Shown here piece by piece: positions 36,541 to 46,604 of a stretch of 64,000 bases of DNA (within the stretch, counting starts at the first letter, position 1; every line of letters begins with the position of its first letter). The translations under genes and the position numbers were made by a program. A model generated the notes under the pieces. The model did not search any database. It saw only the letters and a list, made by a program, of their open reading frames with translations, and had not been told where the DNA came from. Source of the DNA: an uncultured virus (IMG/VR IMGVR_UViG_3300008448_014394) (taxonomy: Duplodnaviria > Heunggongvirae > Uroviricota > Caudoviricetes); IMG/VR virus record IMGVR_UViG_3300008448_014394; one strand, 5' to 3'.

Positions 36541-37488
36541 TTATTTCCTAAGATTTTCTAAAAAATCTTTTGTTATACTATAAAATTTATCAGCATATTT
36601 TTCCTGAGTATATTCGGATAGCGTTAAATCCATTCCCATTCTAGACCTCAAGATTCTCTCATCATCATTGTTCAACCAATAAAATATCTTTTCTATAATT
36701 TCGTTATCAGAATCTGAGATATCTATTGGAACAATAAATTTATTAAAAAAATCCGGTCTTTCATTTGGCAGGTCTGCAATCAATAATGAGTTACAAGCCG
36801 GAATCTCAGAATACTTGGCTAGAGCATATTTATATATACTGCTGCAAGTTATTGATATCTTTGCCTTATTAATTTCTTTTGCATAATCAACAACTTGTGA
36901 ATTCACATCCAATATTCTATATCCTGGATGATTCATTATTTTAACTTTAAAATTTTTAAATTTTTTATCTTTTATTATGTTTTTAACTCTACAGCGCAAT
37001 GGATATATCTTTTCGGACATAACGCCCGTTAATAATACATCGTATATTTTTTTTTGATTATAATCTTTAAATACTGTTTTCTCAATAGAATGTGGAATAT
37101 TTTTAAATATAAAGTTTTTTTTAATTAAAGATTCATATTTTGGAATATCATTTGCTAGATGGCAGATTATTAATCTGGAGTCACTATCTATTATTTCTTT
37201 GGATGTATTTTTAAAATCATACATTTCATTGTAAGATATTATTTTTGGAGTATCTATATCATTATACCCATCCATGCTTAATGGCTTGAACCAAAATATT
37301 ATATCTGGATTATATTTTTTAACTGAATGTGGAACATTTTTCCATTCAGGAAACCCGGGTCCATCTTTAAATCCCAATATATTTTTATGCCTAAATATTG
37401 CATCAACGGCGTGGAACCTTACACGACTCATCTTTGTTTTCCAATATTTATCATCACATAAATATAAGATCTTTATTTTTTCATTCAT
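36541..37488 (-). CDS. GT-B glycosyltransferase (CgeB / Glyco_trans_1_2-like)
   Basis: YDVLLTG, YPLR, HPGY, YAKEINKAKISI and KYSEIPACNSLL. Confidence 0.7.
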   Translation of the reverse strand: MNEKIKILYLCDDKYWKTKMSRVRFHAVDAIFRHKNILGFKDGPGFPEWKNVPHSVKKYNPDIIFWFKPLSMDGYNDIDTPKIISYNEMYDFKNTSKEIIDSDSRLIICHLANDIPKYESLIKKNFIFKNIPHSIEKTVFKDYNQKKIYDVLLTGVMSEKIYPLRCRVKNIIKDKKFKNFKVKIMNHPGYRILDVNSQVVDYAKEINKAKISITCSSIYKYALAKYSEIPACNSLLIADLPNERPDFFNKFIVPIDISDSDNEIIEKIFYWLNNDDERILRSRMGMDLTLSEYTQEKYADKFYSITKDFLENLRK

Positions 37489-38189
37489 ATTTTTTTCATC
37501 TTATGCAATCTGCTATGCAAATTTTTCGACATAGAAAATCCGTTAATTTTTGAATATTTTATTATATTTTTATTATATTCTTCGACGTTTGCAGCACCAT
37601 TACCAAAAATAAGAACAATTCCATTTTTTTTCAAAACTCTATTAAATTCTTTAAAAATATGATTAAACTTTTTTAAAGTTTCTTCTTTAAAATCCCATGA
37701 CATTATCTTTGATATATGATGATTTCTGACAGGCTCTCCGAGCATGGAATCTTTAAACACCTGCTCTATCGAGCCTTGAGAATTTATTATATCTAATTCC
37801 CCATCTTTAAAGGGTAGTTCTTTCCCATCCAAGAAAGAATCAAATCCTATATACTTAATTGGCAACTTTTGCCTTTCAGACATAAGCATTGATAATCTTA
37901 AATATTCATTTCCCATTTCTGATTCGTTTTGTCTTGCATCTATACCAACTATTTTATTATTATAGAATCTACAAACCTCTAAGAACTCCCCCGGGCCGGG
38001 ACCTATATCTAATATATATTTATTTCCAGAAAGTACTTCTGGTAAGTTTTCTTTTATATATTCAATTTTAGATGAAATTCTTTTTTCCCTATTGTATTTT
38101 TTCTTTATAAATGGATTACGTATAACCTCCTGATATAAAGAATCCCAATTGGCATTTGGAATGTTTAATAATTTTATTTTTGAAGACAT
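37485..38189 (-). CDS. class I SAM-dependent methyltransferase
   Basis: ILDIGPGPGEF, LPFKDGELDII and RVLKKNG. Confidence 0.82.
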   Translation of the reverse strand: MSSKIKLLNIPNANWDSLYQEVIRNPFIKKKYNREKRISSKIEYIKENLPEVLSGNKYILDIGPGPGEFLEVCRFYNNKIVGIDARQNESEMGNEYLRLSMLMSERQKLPIKYIGFDSFLDGKELPFKDGELDIINSQGSIEQVFKDSMLGEPVRNHHISKIMSWDFKEETLKKFNHIFKEFNRVLKKNGIVLIFGNGAANVEEYNKNIIKYSKINGFSMSKNLHSRLHKMKKI

Positions 38190-38207
38190 ATTGATCTCTT
38201 TATTTCT

Positions 38208-38807
38208 TTATTTCTTAATTATGATTATAAATTCATTAGACTCTGTTGTGCTAAAATGCAAAGTTTTGAAATTTGATAAAATTTTAGTAAGATCTTTTTG
38301 TGAATACGCCCTTACATGGGCCATTGTTTTGGTACTTTTAATTTTATCGCCTTCATTTGGAATCCTAATCGCCATATGGCCATCATCATCAAGAACTTTA
38401 GAGCATTCTTCCAGAACTTTTTCTGGCTTTAACAAGTGTTCGAAGGAGTGGCATGAAATTATTAAGTCAAATTTTTTATCAAAATAAGAACTTAGATTTA
38501 CAGCATCCCCTAGCAAAACATTTCTTCCTTTAGATTTTGCATAACCAACGCTTCTTTCAGATATATCAATACCATAACAGTCTACGCCCTTATCTTTTAA
38601 TAAGTCAAAGTAGGCTGCATCTCTGCAGCCTATATCTAGAAGATTTTTAAATTCTATTTTAAAGTTATTTAAAATATTTAATAAGTCCATATTTTGTTTC
38701 AAACACTTAGGACAATCATAATCGTGATATCTTGAATCTTGTATCTTTACATATTCCTCATAATTATCATACTTAATTCTTTTTCCATTTTCTATTATCT
38801 TAGCCAT
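38208..38807 (-). CDS. class I SAM-dependent methyltransferase
   Basis: LLDIGCRD, GIDIS and FDLIISCHSFEHL..P. Confidence 0.87.
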   Translation of the reverse strand: MAKIIENGKRIKYDNYEEYVKIQDSRYHDYDCPKCLKQNMDLLNILNNFKIEFKNLLDIGCRDAAYFDLLKDKGVDCYGIDISERSVGYAKSKGRNVLLGDAVNLSSYFDKKFDLIISCHSFEHLLKPEKVLEECSKVLDDDGHMAIRIPNEGDKIKSTKTMAHVRAYSQKDLTKILSNFKTLHFSTTESNEFIIIIKK

Positions 38808-39381
38808 TTTTAACTCCTAAATCTTTTAAATCTCTTAGTGATATTAGATAATCTAATTGAGCATCCCATCCGGTTATTGGAATTTTTATATTTGAAATAA
38901 AATTATTATGATCTTCCGCCGACATTCCTATTTTTTTCCAATGCCATTCAACATACAATTCACTTATAAAATTTAAACTATTATCATTGATCATTTTATT
39001 TAAGATTTCATATTCAGCGCCCTCAACATCTAGCTTTAATATAATCTCATCTTTAATATTAAAACTATTAATTATCCATTCACTTAAATCAATACACTCT
39101 ACATATATTGGATTTTTAAAGTCTAAATTTCCTGTTGTTTTTTTACTCAACAAAGATGATCCATCACCATCTGCTTTGTCAAGATAAAATGGATATACTC
39201 CATTAGCGATCCAAACTGCTTTTTTATGTAAAGTATGATTAGAAAAATTATAATTATTAAAAAATATTTCATTTGGTTCAAAACTATGCACAAAATATTC
39301 GCCATCTATATCATATTTTTTTCTAAAATAAGTTACAGAGCATCCATTATATCCTCCGCAATCTATAAAAAATTTTGACAA
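38800..39381 (-). CDS. FkbM family methyltransferase
   Basis: FIDCGGYNG, SFEPN, LKLDVEGAEYEIL and VEWH. Confidence 0.88.
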   Translation of the reverse strand: MSKFFIDCGGYNGCSVTYFRKKYDIDGEYFVHSFEPNEIFFNNYNFSNHTLHKKAVWIANGVYPFYLDKADGDGSSLLSKKTTGNLDFKNPIYVECIDLSEWIINSFNIKDEIILKLDVEGAEYEILNKMINDNSLNFISELYVEWHWKKIGMSAEDHNNFISNIKIPITGWDAQLDYLISLRDLKDLGVKNG

Positions 39382-39389
39382 AACTTCTC

Positions 39390-40265
39390 CTACTTTTTTA
39401 TTCCTAAAAAATCTTCAAATCTATTTGCTTGATTCTTCCAAGACCACTCATTTGATATAATTTTATTAATATTATTTCCATATAGACTTATTTTTTTAGG
39501 ATTATTTTTAAGATAAACGATTTCTTTTTCTAGATCTTTTTCATTAGAAACTATTCTTATACAAAAATCTTTATTTAGCTGTGGAACATTACCTACATTG
39601 GTGGATATAATTGCTCTACCACAAGCTCCAGCCTCCAATATAGGGTTTGGCGTACCTTCGGACTCACTAAAGCATATTAGCGTTCCAATAGAATTATAAA
39701 ACTTTAGCATTTCACTCTTATTAAAGCCATCAGTCTGAAAGGCAGTTTTTAAACAATATTCTCTACCTAATGACTTAAAGACATCTTTTATAATTTCAAA
39801 TCTTTTAACTGGTCTTTTATGATTACCAACCCATCCAAAAATATTAAAAAAGTCAGAAGGATTATTTTTTTTATAAAAAACTTCTGTATTTACGCCAAAT
39901 GGAGTATAGAATACTTTTCCAGGATAAGAATTTTTAAATTCATCAAATAAAAAGATGCTAGATGTACTTATCGCATCATAATTATTTAATATATTGGATA
40001 TACTAAGTGCATCGCCACGACCTGTATGACTAGATATGGTAGTGACAAGTCTATATTTTCTATTGGCTGAAATTTTTTTAAAAATATGAATGTGATCCTT
40101 CCAATTTAAAACATATACCAGGTCAAAATCATTAAAATCCAAGCCGTCTAAATCATTGAATTGCCTTATTAATATTTTATGTTTTGAATAATAAATTTTT
40201 AAATTTTCTGCACGATTAGAAAGAGCCCAATTATAACTATCTACTATAAATAAGACATTTAACAT
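39390..40265 (-). CDS. GT4-like glycosyltransferase
   Basis: GVNTEVF, GWVGN, SESEGTPNPILEAGACGRAIISTNVG. Confidence 0.88.
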   Translation of the reverse strand: MLNVLFIVDSYNWALSNRAENLKIYYSKHKILIRQFNDLDGLDFNDFDLVYVLNWKDHIHIFKKISANRKYRLVTTISSHTGRGDALSISNILNNYDAISTSSIFLFDEFKNSYPGKVFYTPFGVNTEVFYKKNNPSDFFNIFGWVGNHKRPVKRFEIIKDVFKSLGREYCLKTAFQTDGFNKSEMLKFYNSIGTLICFSESEGTPNPILEAGACGRAIISTNVGNVPQLNKDFCIRIVSNEKDLEKEIVYLKNNPKKISLYGNNINKIISNEWSWKNQANRFEDFLGIKK

Positions 40266-40271
40266 AAAATA

Positions 40272-40943
40272 TCATCCTTTAATATGGTTGACTTTTTTGC
40301 CTAAAAAAGAATTTTTATATATGCTATTTTCAAACAATATTTTGTCTATTTTTATATTAGTCTTCCAGGCGCTGTATACTTGTGATAATTGATCTCTATG
40401 GCTGTTATTTAATACTTCGTTCCACCAGAAATTATTAAATTTCTGTACATCCGAATTATTTTTTCTTATTATAAATCCACACTGAAAAAGACTATGGTTC
40501 AACGGAAAGCCTTCTGTTTTATATTTATTCATTTGTTTTAATACAATATCAGTGCTATCTAATCCTTTTTTTATAATAACGTTAGATTCTTCATATGCGC
40601 AACTTCTTTCGTCGTGTTTAAAGCATATTATATTTTTATTTGCAATTTGATTTTTTTTTAAAAAAGTATGTGCATTTAAAATTTTGGGATTAAAACAATG
40701 GTCAATCCAAATACTAATATCGTGATCTGGAAGTACTAGGTGTGGATTTATTTTTATCATTCTAGTCTTCCTAGCATTATCCATTTTTTCATCTAGGAAG
40801 TCTATATTATTTACCTCCCATATTTTTGATTTAAAATCTTTAGAGTCTGTATATAATATATACCTTACTTTTTCATCAAAAAAAGTTGGATGATTGAACT
40901 GATCATATCCACCTATATTTGCGCTAAATATTACAATCTTCAT
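40272..40943 (-). CDS. DUF616 (TOD1/MUCI70-like) putative glycosyltransferase
   Basis: SANIGGYD, KINPH, SIWID, H..RSCAYEE, WWNE...SHRDQLS..Y..WK. Confidence 0.8.
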   Translation of the reverse strand: MKIVIFSANIGGYDQFNHPTFFDEKVRYILYTDSKDFKSKIWEVNNIDFLDEKMDNARKTRMIKINPHLVLPDHDISIWIDHCFNPKILNAHTFLKKNQIANKNIICFKHDERSCAYEESNVIIKKGLDSTDIVLKQMNKYKTEGFPLNHSLFQCGFIIRKNNSDVQKFNNFWWNEVLNNSHRDQLSQVYSAWKTNIKIDKILFENSIYKNSFLGKKVNHIKG

Positions 40944-40978
40944 TTTTATCCCGAATTATTTAAAATAAATGTATCATG

Positions 40979-41524
40979 CTATAAAAGATGAATTTTGTTT
41001 TTAATATCACCACCACGATACCAATGCTGAACGTAAATACCTTTCATAAGTCCTACTTTAAAGCCGGCTGCACGAACTTTTTTATGTATATCGTTATCTA
41101 TTCCAAGCATTTTTTCTTCTTTAAATTTCCCAGCCTTAGACCAGGCATCTTTATTAATTAGAATTAAAACTCCACTTAGTAAGCCAACTTCATGGGTTAT
41201 ATCTATAACTTTAGACTTATTGGAATCCCAAATCTTTTCGCCTAAAATTCTATGATATGCCTGATCGTTACTTTTTAAATCTACACCTGGTGCAATCTGA
41301 TAGGGACAACCAATTCTGTTTGTATAACAAGTAAAAAGAGAAAAGCTTGGGTTAGCCTTAATAATCTCTTCGATTCTCTTTCCAAAATATGTGGTGGTAT
41401 GAACCGCATCTCCATCAAGAAAACATGCCCAGTCTCCATCTCCTATTAGTGACATACTTTTATTGTATGATCGTCCTATATTCTTATCAGAATCCCATGG
41501 TATAAAATGATAAACATTCGGCAT
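40979..41524 (-). CDS. GT-A (GT2-like) glycosyltransferase
   Basis: NIGRSYN, CFLDGD (DxD), SGVLILI and GIDND...GIYVQH. Confidence 0.7.
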   Translation of the reverse strand: MPNVYHFIPWDSDKNIGRSYNKSMSLIGDGDWACFLDGDAVHTTTYFGKRIEEIIKANPSFSLFTCYTNRIGCPYQIAPGVDLKSNDQAYHRILGEKIWDSNKSKVIDITHEVGLLSGVLILINKDAWSKAGKFKEEKMLGIDNDIHKKVRAAGFKVGLMKGIYVQHWYRGGDIKNKIHLL

Positions 41525-41525
41525 A

Positions 41526-42461
41526 TTATAAACTCCAGTTAAAACCCTTGCCTGCTTTTACTATCTTATAAAAAAATTCGACCCTGTTGCTTATTAAATG
41601 ATGCTTTTTTAATAGATTATTTGCCGTCTGTCTAATCGAATCCTTATCAGATAAGTACTCACTCCTTAAGACTTCCTTGTAATTTTTCTTATTTACTTCT
41701 ATGAAAGACTTACCATTTTCAAATCCCAGATCTTTTAAATAACTTATATTTTCAAATATTGGAATAACATTGCAAGCGGGTATCTCGAAGTACTTCATTA
41801 CAGGATAGTCCAACGGCTTATCAGCACTAGTAGATATTGCAGCTATATATTTTGAAATATGATGATAATATTTAATACCAATAATATTATGCTTTAGCTC
41901 AAAGTACCCAGGATGTGGCAAGAAATCAATTTCCTTACAGGATGCGGCGTGATCTCGAATTATATTTCTGAGAGAATAATATTTAGATGTCGCGCCCGAA
42001 AGAAATATCTTATTAATTGGGGCATTCTCTGGTTTAATAGCCAAGATTTCATCAGCGGCCGCAAAAGGAAAGTAAAATGCCTTATCTTTATACTTTGAAA
42101 ACTCTGGATTTTTTATAAAATGATAATAGTATGGTAGTAAAATTATATCTGCAAAATCAAAATTTTTATGAAGCTTCTCTCTAGTCTTACTATCAAAATA
42201 ATGTAGGTCATCCATCTGCACGATCTTTAATACATTTATATTTTTAAAGTATGGTTGTAAAATGTCAGAACCATAACATCTCGGAAGAAATATTGCGTCT
42301 ATATCTCTATGTCTTAATATAATTTCTTTATAATTATCTTCATTGCACTCTACTTTGATTATATCATTTTTAAATTCTATTAGAGACCTTGTAAGAGTAT
42401 AAAAATAAAACTCTGGAGCCACCTTAAATCTGCTGGGATTAAAAATTAATATTTTCTTCAT
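41526..42461 (-). CDS. GT-B glycosyltransferase (CgeB / Glyco_trans_1_2-like)
   Basis: DDLH, FLSG...YSLR, HPGY, KYFEIPAC and LGFENG. Confidence 0.7.
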   Translation of the reverse strand: MKKILIFNPSRFKVAPEFYFYTLTRSLIEFKNDIIKVECNEDNYKEIILRHRDIDAIFLPRCYGSDILQPYFKNINVLKIVQMDDLHYFDSKTREKLHKNFDFADIILLPYYYHFIKNPEFSKYKDKAFYFPFAAADEILAIKPENAPINKIFLSGATSKYYSLRNIIRDHAASCKEIDFLPHPGYFELKHNIIGIKYYHHISKYIAAISTSADKPLDYPVMKYFEIPACNVIPIFENISYLKDLGFENGKSFIEVNKKNYKEVLRSEYLSDKDSIRQTANNLLKKHHLISNRVEFFYKIVKAGKGFNWSL

Positions 42462-42462
42462 T

Positions 42463-43233
42463 TTATTTATTATTCAAAGGTATATATAACCTTTTTTCAT
42501 CCATAATTATTTTTTTTCTTCTAGCTTGCTCTGCAGGATTTATAATCTTTGCCATATCTCTATGATTAATTGTTTCAATATAGCCTTCTCTGGGTTGCAT
42601 TGATATAAAAGAATTAGAATTTAAAATATCAAAAAGCTTTTCTCTGTCATTAAATCCTGCTCTACATGCCCTGATCGTATAATCAATATGTCCATTTCCC
42701 CTGAGACCAAATGATGCATAGTCAAAATACCCTATTTTTTTAAGCATCTTGGGCGTATATGTCCAAAAGCAACCAAGGCAATTCATAGGATCAGTGAAGG
42801 CACATAAGTCATCTTTTTTGTGCTCAATTTTTTTAGGCTTCCACTTTGTATTATAATATACTAAGTGATCATATCCATTTTTAATTGAGGAATCTATATA
42901 TTTATGATCCCAACCCTTTTTCAAAAATATAATATCATCATCTGCCTTAAAGCCGAAATCAAAGTTTAGCTTTAGACTTTGATCAAAGATAGTATTAGTC
43001 TGATAATGAACACCCTTTCTATTGTTATTTATTACTTTCAAGGTATAGCTTAATGGTTCTTTTAATTTTTGCCCTAGAAAATCCAGGGTAGAATCTGAAG
43101 AGCCATCATTAGCTACCAGCAATGTCCAATTAAGCTCTGGAGATCTTGTAAACTCCCAAGTATCAATAAATGTTTTTAAATATTTTACCCTGTTAAAAGT
43201 CGTAACAGACATTATTATATTTTTATAAGACAT
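42463..43233 (-). CDS. GT2 family glycosyltransferase
   Basis: VTTFNR..YL, NDGSSD, ADDDI, IGYFD and HIDYTIR. Confidence 0.85.
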   Translation of the reverse strand: MSYKNIIMSVTTFNRVKYLKTFIDTWEFTRSPELNWTLLVANDGSSDSTLDFLGQKLKEPLSYTLKVINNNRKGVHYQTNTIFDQSLKLNFDFGFKADDDIIFLKKGWDHKYIDSSIKNGYDHLVYYNTKWKPKKIEHKKDDLCAFTDPMNCLGCFWTYTPKMLKKIGYFDYASFGLRGNGHIDYTIRACRAGFNDREKLFDILNSNSFISMQPREGYIETINHRDMAKIINPAEQARRKKIIMDEKRLYIPLNNK

Positions 43234-45433
43234 AATCTTCTAAATTCCACTTTAGCTTTACAGAATGAGATGCTTGGTTAAATGATCTTCTTATATCACT
43301 ATCTGTAACATCTGCAATAACAATATTTGGATATAAAACAAATGAATTTGATTGGGCATAAAAGTTTATAAAATGGTGGTCGGCAGGCATTTTAAACTTA
43401 GAAAGATTACTATATAATGTTTGCATACCTCTTTTATTTATAGCATATGCAAAAGTACCGCAGGTACTACCCATAGGTTTATAAAATCCAGCACTTTCTG
43501 CATTCTTTAAATTTATCACCTTCCACCCAAATTCGCTTGCTCCAAGTAATACCATGTCCCAGTTTTGTATTCTGTTCAATTTTTCTATTTCCAACATAAA
43601 GTTTTTGTGAAAAATAACATCATCTTCAAAAACAAGTATTCTATTGTAATTATTTTTTATGGCATCTTCAATGATTTTATAATGACTAATTAAGCAACCC
43701 ATCTCTTTTTTTGAGTTAATAACATTTTTAATAAACGCCCTCTTTTTAATGGCTTGCAGCGCATTAAATTTTTCATTGACAAGCTCGGAGTCCTGATTGT
43801 ATGCCGAAAATCTAGACACATCAATATCTAAACTCACAAACCTTGCTTGACACTTTAACCATCTATCTGGTCTACTATCTAAATTTATACAATATATTTT
43901 ATTAAAGTGTTTATTTAAGTCTATTGTTTTTTTAAATTTTATACTGTTTTTAATGTTAAAAAAAAAATTTAAGAACTTTTCAGAATTGACTTTACTATTG
44001 TAACTTAATTCAACGTACCTTCTGGCCGCCTTAGTAACAGTCTTATTATCTATATTACTTCGTATTAATTCTGGAATCCCCGATAGATCACTAGGAATTA
44101 TAAAGCCAGTAATAGTGTTTTTAATTAAGTCGTTTATAGATCCAACTTCCGTAGTAAATACTGGCACTTCAGATGCCATGGCTTCTATGATAGAAATTGG
44201 AGTACCTTCTATTGTTGATAGCAGCAAAAAAGCATCAAATATATTATAATAACTATTAGGATTTGAAATATGCCCTAGTAACCTTATGTTATCTATCTTT
44301 TCTAGAGATATTCTTTCTAATAGTCTATTTTTTTCTGGACCATCACCAAGTACTAAAAAGTTAAAATCATTCATACTTTTTGCGACATCAAGTATCCCAT
44401 CAATATTTTTTTCCTTGGATAATCTTGCTACAGTGCCAATAACCTTTCTAGAATCCAAGTCTAAAGAGGTTTTTAGATTGTCGTTTTTTTTATTTGAAAA
44501 TAGGTTAATATCTACACCAACTGGAACTACCTCTCTAATTTCATCTATTCCTTTTATTTTTCTAGTAAGACTTGGGGATATTGACACCATCTTGTATAGG
44601 CCCCTCCTTTCTCCAAGGCTGGAAAGCGAGCCAGGCCACACAAAATCACTATGGTAAATTTCTATTAGTTCTGACCTTAAATCTCCTCGCATTTTTAAGG
44701 ATGATAAAAGATTGTAGATATCTAGACGATTATAGTAAATTATATAATCATAGTTATTTTCTTTTATATTTTCAATTATTTTGTGCGGCTCTTCTAGAAT
44801 GCAATGCTTACAATTTGCCTTATTTACATTATTAGAAAGATTGTTTTCTCTAAGGTATATTAAAGTTGTATTTATATTGTCTGGAAAGTTATCAACAAGA
44901 TTTTTTACATATACCTCTGCACCACCATATATTCCATAAGGGATAATGAAGGCAATATTCTTTCTTGCTGTTCTTATTAATTTATCAATTTTTTGATTAT
45001 TATTATAATCAACACTCAATAATTCTTGGTTTGGAATACCCTTTTTTTCAATATTTATTGGGGCACTATTTTCATCAATAGAAAATCTAATTATTTCTAG
45101 AGAGCCTATGGAGCTACTTGGTCTTGAGAATTCCATTTTTGCATTCTTAACTTCATCATTAATCGAAAAAGAAAATACCTGTTCTGACCAAGCCCCAGAA
45201 GTAAATTCAAAATTATGCTCTGAAAGTAGAATATTATTTGAACCAAGTAATTTAAAGTTCAAAGCACCAGTTCCTGCCCTACGCTTTGCAACAGCTCTTA
45301 AGGTGTATGATCCCATCCTTAAAGATATATTCTGAAAAAATTTTGCATCTTTAAAGGCAACTATATTTGAATCTTTTGTAGTTACCCCTACACCAGCCCA
45401 CTTTTTATTCTTTTGGGAATCAAAAACTCTCAT
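43223..45433 (-). CDS. multidomain glycosyltransferase: beta-sandwich, GT4 and GT25
   Basis: GGAE, GTVARLSKEK and EGTPISIIEAMAS (GT4); YCINLDSRPDRW, GCLISH, LVFEDD and GTFAYAI (GT25). Confidence 0.88.
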   Translation of the reverse strand: MRVFDSQKNKKWAGVGVTTKDSNIVAFKDAKFFQNISLRMGSYTLRAVAKRRAGTGALNFKLLGSNNILLSEHNFEFTSGAWSEQVFSFSINDEVKNAKMEFSRPSSSIGSLEIIRFSIDENSAPINIEKKGIPNQELLSVDYNNNQKIDKLIRTARKNIAFIIPYGIYGGAEVYVKNLVDNFPDNINTTLIYLRENNLSNNVNKANCKHCILEEPHKIIENIKENNYDYIIYYNRLDIYNLLSSLKMRGDLRSELIEIYHSDFVWPGSLSSLGERRGLYKMVSISPSLTRKIKGIDEIREVVPVGVDINLFSNKKNDNLKTSLDLDSRKVIGTVARLSKEKNIDGILDVAKSMNDFNFLVLGDGPEKNRLLERISLEKIDNIRLLGHISNPNSYYNIFDAFLLLSTIEGTPISIIEAMASEVPVFTTEVGSINDLIKNTITGFIIPSDLSGIPELIRSNIDNKTVTKAARRYVELSYNSKVNSEKFLNFFFNIKNSIKFKKTIDLNKHFNKIYCINLDSRPDRWLKCQARFVSLDIDVSRFSAYNQDSELVNEKFNALQAIKKRAFIKNVINSKKEMGCLISHYKIIEDAIKNNYNRILVFEDDVIFHKNFMLEIEKLNRIQNWDMVLLGASEFGWKVINLKNAESAGFYKPMGSTCGTFAYAINKRGMQTLYSNLSKFKMPADHHFINFYAQSNSFVLYPNIVIADVTDSDIRRSFNQASHSVKLKWNLEDYVL

Positions 45434-45438
45434 GCTTC

Positions 45439-46542
45439 CTACTTTAATTCAAGTATTTTATTTGCTGCATTTTCCCATGTAAATTCTTGACAAACTCTCT
45501 CCATCTCAGGCTTAAATGTCTGCAGAATTACAGGAGAGTAATTATATGCCTTTACCATTGCTTCAATTATAGAATCTGCTAGTGGAAGGTATATCTTTGC
45601 TCCAGGACTCTCTATCCAATATTGATACTTACTTCCTGCATCAATTTCTTTTACATCTACTAGTAGTGAGTTATTTATATTTAAAAAGTCCATCTGGCCA
45701 GTACATCTTGGAGCTATAACTAGTTTTCCAACATCCAAAGCCTCAAGTAATGGTAGTCCAAAACCTTCAGAAGAGGTTGTGCTTATAACTGCGTCACAGG
45801 CTTTGTATAAGGCATTCATATCTGGTATTCTTGACTGAATTATTTCGATATGTGGTAACCCACCAGGACGATTTGCATGTTTCTTCTGGGCGTCTTTTAT
45901 AATCTGGGTTACATCTGCTTCGAATCTTTGCTTTGGCTTCTCTAGCGATGTCTTTAAAACCAAAGTAACATCATCCTGACCTGAAAAAGCCCTGTAGTAA
46001 CAATCCACAAGTAAGTCTATATTCTTTCTGTGATGTGGAATTGATACATTTAAAAACTTAAACTTCTTTGTAGTCTTCAATTTATGTGGCTCTATTTTAG
46101 CATATTCCTCTGGAGAGGTTCTTACGATACCATGAGGAATTACTTTACATTTGGATTCTGGCCAGCCAGAGTTTACAAATACTTCTTTAGAGAAATTGCT
46201 AGATGGCAAAGCATAATCAACATACTTTATATCACCAACCCACATTCTAGGAAGTATTGTGGATTCGTAGTTATAAATAGCCAACTTTAATTTAGACTTT
46301 TTAGAAAACCTATCCTTAAAATTCCTAGGTAAAGTGTAGCAGATATCAATATCTGGTATTGCAATATCTCTACCGATCCTTGGCATAAGATTTTCGGGTA
46401 TAAAGTCTTTGCCGTTAGTAGACTTTAAATATAGCTTATGTCCCTTATTCTGAAACTCTGTTAATAGATGGCGCATTGTTATAGCCCAACTATGATGAGT
46501 TCCTAACATTGTTTCAGATCTAATATTTAGTTTGTCTTCCAA
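45439..46542 (-). CDS. GT4-like glycosyltransferase
   Basis: YES..LP..W, PSNF, IPHG, RKNIDLL and SEGFGLPLLEA; TTG start with AGGTGG RBS. Confidence 0.87.
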   Translation of the reverse strand: MEDKLNIRSETMLGTHHSWAITMRHLLTEFQNKGHKLYLKSTNGKDFIPENLMPRIGRDIAIPDIDICYTLPRNFKDRFSKKSKLKLAIYNYESTILPRMWVGDIKYVDYALPSSNFSKEVFVNSGWPESKCKVIPHGIVRTSPEEYAKIEPHKLKTTKKFKFLNVSIPHHRKNIDLLVDCYYRAFSGQDDVTLVLKTSLEKPKQRFEADVTQIIKDAQKKHANRPGGLPHIEIIQSRIPDMNALYKACDAVISTTSSEGFGLPLLEALDVGKLVIAPRCTGQMDFLNINNSLLVDVKEIDAGSKYQYWIESPGAKIYLPLADSIIEAMVKAYNYSPVILQTFKPEMERVCQEFTWENAANKILELK

Positions 46543-46604
46543 ATTTCACCACCTAGATTTGTAATATTTCTTTATTTTATATGAGAAATCTTAAAGGTTA
46601 TATT

